A stretch of DNA of 64,000 bases from a virus. Shown piece after piece: positions 39,376 through 45,974 of this stretch. The DNA lies in IMG/VR virus record IMGVR_UViG_3300027759_003534, positions 118,567 through 182,566 of that record, one strand, 5' to 3'. The notes beneath the pieces are model-generated. The model was not told the origin of the DNA. It was given only the letters and a program-made list of their open reading frames with translations, and did no database searches. Both the position numbers and the translations under genes were made by a program. Within the stretch, counting starts at the first letter, position 1. Every line of letters starts with the position of its first letter.

Positions 39376-39543
39376 TTACCGTCCACGGCCAGCACTACGA
39401 GTTGGCGGTTTCTTGGCTGGCCCAGCTGAGGGTTTAACTTTGGCTTTTTTCTCTACAACAGAATTAACATCGCTACTGTCTGGGTGAGTTCGACCTTGTT
39501 TCTTTGCTAATGCTTTGGCAATTGTGTCAGAAAGTTTTGACAT
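39376..39543 (-). CDS. 55-aa basic protein (MSKLSDTIAKALAKK...GRGR)
   Basis: Below track cutoff; AAGGAA SD; Lys/Arg-rich. Confidence 0.65.
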   Translation of the reverse strand: MSKLSDTIAKALAKKQGRTHPDSSDVNSVVEKKAKVKPSAGPAKKPPTRSAGRGR

Positions 39544-39575
39544 TTCGTGTTCCTTTTTCTTTGTGTCTAGTCTTG

Positions 39576-39779
39576 CTACTCTGCTACAACCTCTTTTTCG
39601 ACGAATCCTGGGCGAGCTTTTAGTACTGCAATTCTGCGTTGAATTTTTGGTGCAGTCTTTTTACGAGCATTGACCAGCAACTTTTCTAACTGGGTTACAT
39701 TCAGCGGCCCTAAGCGTTCCCGACCATTCTTGGTACGCATTGGATCTGATTTGCGAGCTTTTTGTCCTGTCTTTGCCAT
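39576..39779 (-). CDS. 67-aa basic protein
   Basis: SD AAGGAA; TATAAGTA box upstream. Confidence 0.7.
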   Translation of the reverse strand: MAKTGQKARKSDPMRTKNGRERLGPLNVTQLEKLLVNARKKTAPKIQRRIAVLKARPGFVEKEVVAE

Positions 39780-39858
39780 GTTGTTTCCTTGTGTTATATT
39801 TTACTTATAACTGGAATAGCTGGCAATTAAAATTCTGGTGGGCCCTGAAGGTGTTTTG

Positions 39859-39932
39859 TGGACCCCTCCGGACTCGAACCGGAATAGTACAAATTATGAG
39901 TTTGCGGCAATAACCAATTATGCTAGAGGTCC
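39859..39932 (-). tRNA. tRNA with CAT anticodon, probably Ile2 (lysidine) type; CCA not encoded
   Basis: GGACCTC/GGGGTCC acceptor with C4-G69, C5-G68; loop CT-CAT-AA; T-arm TCCGG-TTCGAGT-CCGGA. Confidence 0.8.
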
Positions 39933-39958
39933 ACAAAACATCCTTGCCCTACAAAACT

Positions 39959-40048
39959 TGGCGGAAGCGGTCCGATTCGAACGGACGGAGGATTTAACTC
40001 CTCGGCAGGTTAGTAATCTGCTGGTTTCGGCCACTCACCCACGCTTCC
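39959..40048 (-). tRNA. tRNA-Ser with ACT anticodon (type II)
   Basis: GGAAGCG/CGCTTCC-G-CCA, long variable arm, anticodon loop TT-ACT-AA, A31.C39 mismatch. Confidence 0.8.
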
Positions 40049-40056
40049 GTACAACT

Positions 40057-40132
40057 TGGCGCTCCCGACCGGATTCGAACCGGTGTACTTGCCGTGAAAG
40101 GGCAATGTCCTAGGCCTCTAGACGACGGGAGC
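40057..40132 (-). tRNA. tRNA-Glu(TTC)
   Basis: GCTCCCG/CGGGAGC-G-CCA, TTGCC-CT-TTC-AC-GGCAA, ACCGG-TTCGAAT-CCGGT. Confidence 0.95.
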
Positions 40133-40139
40133 CTGTACT

Positions 40140-40301
40140 TTACCTCATGAATTGTTGTTGCTTAATGGCCTTGTTGATAGCTTTGATGCGTTGGTTGGCG
40201 TCCATGATACTACGGCTAGCCGATTCGCGTTTTTCACTCTTGGTCCACTGTCCTGCAAGGGTACGGCCTAATTCACTTGATGTTTGTTGTGGCTTTGCCA
40301 T
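40140..40301 (-). CDS. 53-aa basic hypothetical protein (MAKPQQTSSELGR...)
   Basis: Below track cutoff; begins immediately after rpoZ-like stop. Confidence 0.6.
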   Translation of the reverse strand: MAKPQQTSSELGRTLAGQWTKSEKRESASRSIMDANQRIKAINKAIKQQQFMR

Positions 40302-40302
40302 G

Positions 40303-40530
40303 CTATTTTACCTTTGCTAAGTAATCAACTAAATTGACCTGCCCTGCTTGGATTTCATGCAGTGCATCTACGCAGGTCACATAACGGTTGGTGTCTTCAC
40401 GGTGAACACGTTTGAGTTCACGCAGTCGTTGTGCGCCAATTAGGACCATGTCATAACGTCCGCCGCCAGCTTGACGTACACACTGTTCCATATCAATCGC
40501 TGGGCCACGACTTGCAATTCTTGCTTTCAT
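40303..40530 (-). CDS. rpoZ: RNA polymerase omega subunit homologue
   Basis: RYDMVLIGAQRLREL and VDALHEIQAGQV match RpoZ RFxLVLxAAxRARQL and xALxEIxxG motifs; AGGAGA SD. Confidence 0.75.
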   Translation of the reverse strand: MKARIASRGPAIDMEQCVRQAGGGRYDMVLIGAQRLRELKRVHREDTNRYVTCVDALHEIQAGQVNLVDYLAKVK

Positions 40531-40553
40531 GATATCTCCTGTTGTAAAAGTGT

Positions 40554-40582
40554 ATTATATATTAAATTGATGGCAATGTCAA
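40554..40582 (-). promoter_or_regulatory. Consensus sigma70 promoter TTGACA-N17-TATAAT for rpoZ-like gene
   Basis: -35 at 40577-40582, -10 at 40554-40559. Confidence 0.9.
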
Positions 40583-40631
40583 TATGAGTATGCTCATTTG
40601 ATCTTGTTAAAATTGAACAACGGCACGTTGA

Positions 40632-41255
40632 TTATACCGGCTCTTTATTTGTTATATTTAAATATTCTTGATATAGTTCTTCCCAATTTAAAATTATGTT
40701 TTTAAAAAAATAAGGACTTTTTTGATGTACCTTCCCAACTCGCAATTCATTGTATTCTAAGCCCAATTCGTCAGCAAGAAATTTTGCCCCTTGATCTATT
40801 AGATCTTCGTAGTAAATTGTTACAACTTTTTTATAAACAGATAAATTAACTTTATGGTCCCAACTACGCTTTGATTTTAGTAAATTAATAAATTTTAATT
40901 TGTCAATGACAGTTGGCTCTACAACTTTGCTACTATAATCTTTACCGCTCCATTCATTGACTATGTTGGCTACAATAACACTCATTAATTGAGCAAATAC
41001 ATCTTTCCTGAGACTTATTATTAAAGTTACAGTTGCTGGATCTAAATCTTTGATTAAATTAATGTCATGCAGATGTATTACTACATTTTGATCTTTAATA
41101 TGTTGCCGACATTCTTTTTCATTCATCGGAAGCCATAGCCCGTACGCATCAGCTAATCCTCCTTTATTAAACGGAGTACCTGCTAACATCTCTAGTATAA
41201 TATGACTTCCGGTTCTTCCTGGAGAAAAAATAGTATAGACACTGTTCATGCCCAT
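40632..41255 (-). CDS. Sulfotransferase-like (Stf0-like) protein
   Basis: FSPGRTGSH, SLRKDVFAQLMS, IYYED; very AT-rich; TATAAATA at 41255-41262. Confidence 0.55.
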   Translation of the reverse strand: MGMNSVYTIFSPGRTGSHIILEMLAGTPFNKGGLADAYGLWLPMNEKECRQHIKDQNVVIHLHDINLIKDLDPATVTLIISLRKDVFAQLMSVIVANIVNEWSGKDYSSKVVEPTVIDKLKFINLLKSKRSWDHKVNLSVYKKVVTIYYEDLIDQGAKFLADELGLEYNELRVGKVHQKSPYFFKNIILNWEELYQEYLNITNKEPV

Positions 41256-41325
41256 ATTTATAGATCAATTCCGCTTGTCTCAATGTTTCCATTCGTTATA
41301 AAAATTTGTGTGTTGACCGTTAGCA

Positions 41326-41402
41326 TGGTACCCTGGGGAGGATTCGGACCTCCACATTCCGATTTCTTGGACCGGTGACTTTACCTGTTTGTCTACCAGG
41401 GC
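41326..41402 (-). tRNA. Atypical tRNA, AAG anticodon (Leu-like), short variable loop
   Basis: GCCCTGG/CCAGGGT-A-CCA; anticodon arm CCGGT-CC-AAG-AA-ATCGG (C33); T loop TCCGAAT. Confidence 0.65.
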
Positions 41403-41408
41403 TAATTT

Positions 41409-42020
41409 TTACATTGTTACTTGTGTGGTACCATTACCGTTTTGAAAACCTATTACACCACCTTCTGCTTCGATCCGTTTAATTACATCTTCGAACAGTA
41501 TTGGAGCAAAATCAGTTTGCTCAACACAAACACAGTGGTAGCGCACATCGTTCTCATCACTGTAAAGAAGTTCTCCGGTCTTGACGTTTACTCCACGAAT
41601 TTTCTTTACGCGATTTGCGTGAGTATGTCCGTGAATATTGACTCCAAAACGTCCTAAGCTTTCTGGGTGAACCGGAATGTGACTAAGTATCATTCCGTTC
41701 ATAACATGGTATCCACGTAGACTTCTAAAGTAAGGAGTGTAGTCCTCGTCTTTAAAGATATCATGGTTGCCACGTATAAGAACTTTGTCACCGTTGAGCC
41801 TGTTCAAGATAGGCAAAGCCCGGCGGTTGATAACCACATCACCCAAGTGATACACTTTGTCATTAGGGCGAACACGGTTGTTCCACGCTTCGACCATAAA
41901 CTCGTCCATTTCTTCCGGAGTGTCAAATGGACGCAACTTGGTTACACCATCATTACGGGTGAAGTGGCACACACCTTTGTGACCAAAGTGAGTATCGCTT
42001 ACTAAAAATACACTAGGCAT
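41409..42020 (-). CDS. Calcineurin-like metallophosphoesterase
   Basis: SDTHFGH, HLGDV, RGNHD, SHIP, HGHTH; AGGAGG SD before ATG 42020. Confidence 0.92.
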   Translation of the reverse strand: MPSVFLVSDTHFGHKGVCHFTRNDGVTKLRPFDTPEEMDEFMVEAWNNRVRPNDKVYHLGDVVINRRALPILNRLNGDKVLIRGNHDIFKDEDYTPYFRSLRGYHVMNGMILSHIPVHPESLGRFGVNIHGHTHANRVKKIRGVNVKTGELLYSDENDVRYHCVCVEQTDFAPILFEDVIKRIEAEGGVIGFQNGNGTTQVTM

Positions 42021-42042
42021 ATGTGCCTCCTTTCTTTGTGAT

Positions 42043-42116
42043 TGGCGCCGGTCTAAGGAATCGAACCTCAATTAACGGTTTTGGAGACCGCTGTAATGCC
42101 ATTATACCAGACCGAC
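42043..42116 (-). tRNA. tRNA-Trp(CCA)
   Basis: GTCGGTC/GACCGGC-G-CCA, GCGGT-CT-CCA-AA-ACCGT. Confidence 0.93.
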
Positions 42117-42117
42117 C

Positions 42118-42195
42118 TGGAGGTGAAGGTTGGATTCGAACCAACGATTGTAGAGATTTGCAGTCACTTGCCTTGGACCACTCGGCCACTTCACC
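42118..42195 (-). tRNA. tRNA-Cys(GCA)
   Basis: GGTGAAG/CTTCACC-T-CCA (U73), CT-GCA-AA loop; 1 nt from tRNA-Trp. Confidence 0.93.
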
Positions 42196-42203
42196 ATAAT
42201 ACA

Positions 42204-42377
42204 TTAATCTTTAACTTTAAAATATAGCGGACTTTGGTCACGAGCCTGAATCATGTCTGCAGCCCTACGAATCTTATCTTGAAACAGTTTGGTCTTGAGT
42301 TCTTCACTCAGTGTTAAATTACTAAATTCCCAAGCCTGTCTCACAATACGATCGTTTAATTTTGTAAAATCTGTCAT
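42204..42377 (-). CDS. 57-aa hypothetical protein (MTDFTKLND...)
   Basis: ATG 42377 with GGAAAGGA SD just after the terminator. Confidence 0.65.
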   Translation of the reverse strand: MTDFTKLNDRIVRQAWEFSNLTLSEELKTKLFQDKIRRAADMIQARDQSPLYFKVKD

Positions 42378-42392
42378 GTTATCCTTTCCTCT

Positions 42393-42428
42393 AAATAAAA
42401 AACCCCGGAGTGTTAAGTCCAGGGTTCT
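42393..42428 (-). terminator. Intrinsic terminator (probable attenuator)
   Basis: AACCCTGGA-CTTAACAC-TCCGGGGTT + TTTTATTT. Confidence 0.85.
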
Positions 42429-42450
42429 TAAATACGATTTAAAACTTATT

Positions 42451-42555
42451 CTATTCAGAACCCCTTGCACCATCTTCGCAGACCACTGGCCACAGATTGG
42501 ATTGCCCAATAATGAGTAGGGTTGACAAAGAAAGATGCAAGTTATTATTCATCAT
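42451..42555 (-). CDS. 34-aa leader peptide MMNNNLHLSLSTLLIIGQSNLWPVVCEDGARGSE
   Basis: ATG 7 nt after -10 box; last codons contain GGGGTTCT complementary to the terminator 5' arm. Confidence 0.65.
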   Translation of the reverse strand: MMNNNLHLSLSTLLIIGQSNLWPVVCEDGARGSE

Positions 42556-42562
42556 AGCAAGT

Positions 42563-42591
42563 ATTATACAAGGGTATTTATACTTTGTCAA
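42563..42591 (-). promoter_or_regulatory. Dual promoter: TTGACA-N17-TATAAT with TATAAATA late box inside the spacer
   Basis: -35 42586-42591, -10 42563-42568, TATAAATA 42575-42582. Confidence 0.88.
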
Positions 42592-42614
42592 CCAGTATAG
42601 TACATAAATATTCC

Positions 42615-43640
42615 ATGCTTAAACTCCACGAAATTACTCGACTTCAAATTGAACTTACTACTCGTTGTAACTCTCGATGCCCCATGTGCATGCGTAATTA
42701 TCGGGGGCTTGAGTACAATAGCGGATATCCAATAACTGAGTTGTCTTTAGAAGATATTAAAAAAATATTGAAACCAGATTTTTTAAAGCAAATCGACCAT
42801 GTGTTGTTTAATGGTAATTTGGGAGATTTTGGACTGGCCAAAGACGGAATTGAGATTGTTCGGTACCTAGTTGATAATAACTGTAATGTTAATATTTACA
42901 CCAATGGTAGCATGAGAACTCCAGATTGGTGGGCACGGTTAGCACTGCCAGGAGTCAAAGTGGGATTTGCATTGGATGGCTTAGCAGACACGCACTCTCT
43001 CTATCGTCAGGATACGGATTGGAATACGGTAATTAAAAATGCTACAGCATTTATTGCCGCCGGCGGCACTGCAATTTGGAGATTTATTCCATTTACCCAT
43101 AATCAACATCAAGAAAAAGAGTGTAGAGAATTGGCCAAAGAATTAGGATTTAAATATTTTGATAACATTAGTGATGGAAGAAACAATGGACCAGTTTATA
43201 GTCGTACTGGGGATTTTAGTCATTGGCTTGGTGAACCATGGCCCAACACTGCTATAGAGCCTGATATTATCTCCATGATACAAAGTCATATCACTTGGTT
43301 TGATGCAAAAACATTTAAATCATCAAAAGACATCACTCCACTGAATATTGGGTGTAATCATAAACGAAATCAAGAATTATATATTGCTGCAAATGGAGAA
43401 ATATATCCATGTTGTTATCTTGGCTATTATCCAAAGACCATGCACCACGCAGGCAATGAACAATTAAAACTTTTAGTGCAAGGAAATAATGCCTTGGAAT
43501 CGTCATTGGAAGATTGTATTAAATGGTTTGATAGTGTTGAACACACATGGGATATGCCAAGCATTGCAGAAGGCAGATTGTATACTTGTGTAAATACTTG
43601 CGGATCGTGGAAACCTCCTGTAAACAAACAAACACTATGA
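42615..43640 (+). CDS. Radical SAM protein with C-terminal SPASM/twitch domain
   Basis: CNSRCPMC; IYPCCY...CVNTC; ATG 4 nt after CATAAATA. Confidence 0.88.
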   Translation: MLKLHEITRLQIELTTRCNSRCPMCMRNYRGLEYNSGYPITELSLEDIKKILKPDFLKQIDHVLFNGNLGDFGLAKDGIEIVRYLVDNNCNVNIYTNGSMRTPDWWARLALPGVKVGFALDGLADTHSLYRQDTDWNTVIKNATAFIAAGGTAIWRFIPFTHNQHQEKECRELAKELGFKYFDNISDGRNNGPVYSRTGDFSHWLGEPWPNTAIEPDIISMIQSHITWFDAKTFKSSKDITPLNIGCNHKRNQELYIAANGEIYPCCYLGYYPKTMHHAGNEQLKLLVQGNNALESSLEDCIKWFDSVEHTWDMPSIAEGRLYTCVNTCGSWKPPVNKQTL

Positions 43641-44515
43641 CACAACGAATAATCATTAATAAACTAGAATTTTATATCACAAATGTATGTAATTTAACCT
43701 GCTCCGGTTGCAATAGATACAATAATTATAAATTTGCTGGATGGGAAAAATGGGAAGATTACGAACCAATTTTTAAAAAGTGGGCGGAAAAAATTGATAT
43801 TATTAAGCCAGTGGTTCTTGGCGGAGAACCACTACTCAATCCTTCAATCACTAAATGGATTGAAGGAATACGTCTCTTGTGGCCAGATCACTATGCACCA
43901 CAAATACAATCAAACGGTACCAGGATTGATTTAGTTCCAGGATTGTACGACTCGTGCAAGGCAATCGGGGCTTGGATAGGAATTAGTTTACATTCGCTTG
44001 ATGATCGAGATGCAATTTTTACTCGTATTAGAAATTATCTGGTGCATCCTATAAAAGAAACTAACGATTTAAATTCACCCATTGGGTCTACATTTCAATT
44101 TATTGATGCTAATAGAGTTGAAGTTCATGTATGGATTAGTGATCACTTTAATCAAAGCAACATTATAGAAGGTCCTAACGGTGAATTTAAATTATATAAT
44201 AGTGATCCATTAAAAGCACACAGCAATTGTGGGTTTGTACAGTGGAAAAATTATCATTTCATTGATGGAAAAATTCATAAATGTGGACCGGCACCGTTAA
44301 TGCAACAGTTTGATCAACAGTATCCATTTGATGTATCGGATGAAGACAGAGCACTGATACATAGTTATCGTGGGTTGAGTATAGATGAATTTGATGAACG
44401 CGGTGAAGAATTTTTCCGTACACTAGATGACCCTATTCCGCAATGTAAATTTTGCCCCGAGTCATACGAATACAAAAAAATACAATTTTCAAATCTAAAA
44501 CCTAACAAGGTTTAA
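43637..44515 (+). CDS. Radical SAM protein
   Basis: CNLTCSGC, LGGEPLL, HKCG..CKFCP; ATGA overlap. Confidence 0.88.
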   Translation: MTQRIIINKLEFYITNVCNLTCSGCNRYNNYKFAGWEKWEDYEPIFKKWAEKIDIIKPVVLGGEPLLNPSITKWIEGIRLLWPDHYAPQIQSNGTRIDLVPGLYDSCKAIGAWIGISLHSLDDRDAIFTRIRNYLVHPIKETNDLNSPIGSTFQFIDANRVEVHVWISDHFNQSNIIEGPNGEFKLYNSDPLKAHSNCGFVQWKNYHFIDGKIHKCGPAPLMQQFDQQYPFDVSDEDRALIHSYRGLSIDEFDERGEEFFRTLDDPIPQCKFCPESYEYKKIQFSNLKPNKV

Positions 44516-44520
44516 TCAAT

Positions 44521-44548
44521 AAAAAAAGCCTCCTTAGGAGGCTTTTTT
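44521..44548. terminator. Bidirectional intrinsic terminator
   Basis: AAAAAAAGCCTCC-TTA-GGAGGCTTTTTT between convergent genes. Confidence 0.9.
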
Positions 44549-44566
44549 GTGAACTCTAATTAACTA

Positions 44567-45019
44567 TTAGAATGAGTACTTGACACCGGCAGTTACAATG
44601 TTACCATCGTATGCTTTAGTAATGTTGTTACCTTTTTGATATGCATAATCAGCAACTAAATTAACTTTAGATGTAACTGGGTATGCAATACCGGCACCTA
44701 TAAAACCAGCACCGCCATTGGATGCTTTTGCACTTTGTGGATCGACAAAAGCAACGCCTGCACGAACATTAGTTTGTACTGGACCTAATTTAATTACATC
44801 ATAGCTGGCACTAGCAGTGTAACGATTTACATCGGTACGCTGAGTTGTGCTACGATCGGCTGTGGCTTGAACACCAATTTTTCCAAAAGACTGTCCAACT
44901 GAAATACCAACCAGATTGTTTTCGGAACCCATATTGCGACCACCATACACACCAACATCAGCGGCGCTTGCAACCCCGGCGGCTACAGTTAATGCTACTG
45001 TTAAGATTACTTTTTTCAT
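44567..45019 (-). CDS. Small outer-membrane beta-barrel protein (OmpA-TM/Ail-Lom-like)
   Basis: Signal peptide MKKVILTVALTVAAGVASA, alternating beta strands, terminal GVKYSF beta-signal. Confidence 0.75.
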   Translation of the reverse strand: MKKVILTVALTVAAGVASAADVGVYGGRNMGSENNLVGISVGQSFGKIGVQATADRSTTQRTDVNRYTASASYDVIKLGPVQTNVRAGVAFVDPQSAKASNGGAGFIGAGIAYPVTSKVNLVADYAYQKGNNITKAYDGNIVTAGVKYSF

Positions 45020-45142
45020 TCTAATATTTCCTTTTAAAAGAAAGTTCACTGATCTGTGAACCTAGACAAATATTTAGTGGTTACTACTAGTGGTTAGCAA
45101 TTTTTGCAGACTTTCTTGGTACTTTTAGGAGTTAGCAACGCA

Positions 45143-45170
45143 TAAAAAGAAACCCGCCGAAGCGGGTTCT
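45143..45170 (-). terminator. Intrinsic terminator after tmRNA
   Basis: AGAACCCGC-TTCG-GCGGGTTTCT-TTTT. Confidence 0.9.
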
Positions 45171-45492
45171 ACTATTTTCTGTTACGAGGGATAATTCCCC
45201 TAAGCAGTGATTAAACTGCTAATGGTTGGCGTTGTGCTGTGCGAGCAGAGAATTTAACATTCTTACCAGTTACAGTTACTTCGCCTTTAGATGCGTTTGC
45301 ATTTAAAGTTTTTGTGTCTTCGACTGAGTAGTCCCAATCCTAACGGCTTCTACATTGCCGATCCTCCAGTAGCCCTTTAGCGCCAATCGATTCTAATTCA
45401 TCCCCACCGCAGAATACTATCTAATACTCTCCGGTGGAGATGTCGGGAGTTGCACCCGAGTCTTGATCGCCATACTTCTACCTTCAACGAAT
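45171..45492 (-). ncRNA. ssrA: Circularly permuted (two-piece) tmRNA; tag ANASKGEVTVTGKNVKFSARTAQRQPLAV* at 45211-45300
   Basis: Acceptor piece (T-arm TCGGG-TGCAACT-CCCGA, CATCTCC-A-CC, ends ~45433) precedes coding piece starting GGGGATG at 45405; G3.U pair; resume TAAAT|GCA AAC. Confidence 0.9.
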
Positions 45493-45498
45493 TCTTTA

Positions 45499-45527
45499 AT
45501 TATACCCTTTAACATTCTTACCGTCAA
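45499..45527 (-). promoter_or_regulatory. sigma70 promoter TTGACG-N17-TATAAT for tmRNA
   Basis: -35 45522-45527, -10 45499-45504. Confidence 0.85.
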
Positions 45528-45601
45528 TCTTAGGATTACCTTTTGCGTGAACATCTTGAAACTTATTACGATCACGCCCATATTGAGTATTTAGTATAAC
45601 A

Positions 45602-45973
45602 CTATGTTTGATAGTTGTCAAGAAACTTTTGTAAATTGCCGTACAAGTTAACCAACATGGCTTCTTTACTGCCAAAAAATATCACACTAACCGGTACACC
45701 TTTTTTAATCACAATATAGTAAGGCAATTCCAGTTGTCGATCTAAGGCAATTACAGTGCGTAGATTAAATTCGTGTGCATCTTCGATACGGAATTCGTAT
45801 TGTGCAAGATCAAGATAGTCAACAAAGATTATGTACCCTAGAGTGGTCAATCTAAGACCTCCGGTACTGCGTAAGTTGTACCACCATGCGCTGAATGCTG
45901 AGGCCGGGCTCATGCGTTGAGCCTCGGGTAATAGGCCTACAAGTTCTTGAGTAAGTTTCTTTTTATCGCGCAC
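45602..45973 (-). CDS. Hypothetical protein
   Basis: GTG 45973 just after upstream stop. Confidence 0.7.
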   Translation of the reverse strand: MRDKKKLTQELVGLLPEAQRMSPASAFSAWWYNLRSTGGLRLTTLGYIIFVDYLDLAQYEFRIEDAHEFNLRTVIALDRQLELPYYIVIKKGVPVSVIFFGSKEAMLVNLYGNLQKFLDNYQT

Positions 45974-45974
45974 A

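Noticed and set aside
38120-39543. Lasso peptide system (AsnB-like cyclase plus small peptide)
   Set aside because: No leader Thr/core Gly-Asp pattern and no transglutaminase-like protease or RRE gene
39995-40022. Reading the Ser tRNA as an amber (CTA) suppressor
   Set aside because: Stem register and U33 place the anticodon at ACT; CTA would need A33
39838-40113. 91-aa plus-strand ORF in track
   Set aside because: Antisense shadow of three tRNA genes
40584-40597. ATGAG-TATG-CTCAT inverted repeat upstream of the rpoZ -35
   Set aside because: Single short palindrome with no second copy; could be chance
42013-42204. 63-aa minus-strand ORF in track
   Set aside because: Translation of tRNA-Cys and tRNA-Trp sequence
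42378-42509. N-terminal extension of the 42204..42509 track ORF
   Set aside because: Runs through the leader ORF and terminator; ATG 42377 has the SD
45400-45590. Open frame starting near 45581 and running into the tmRNA promoter and acceptor piece
   Set aside because: Overlaps the promoter and structured RNA; no SD
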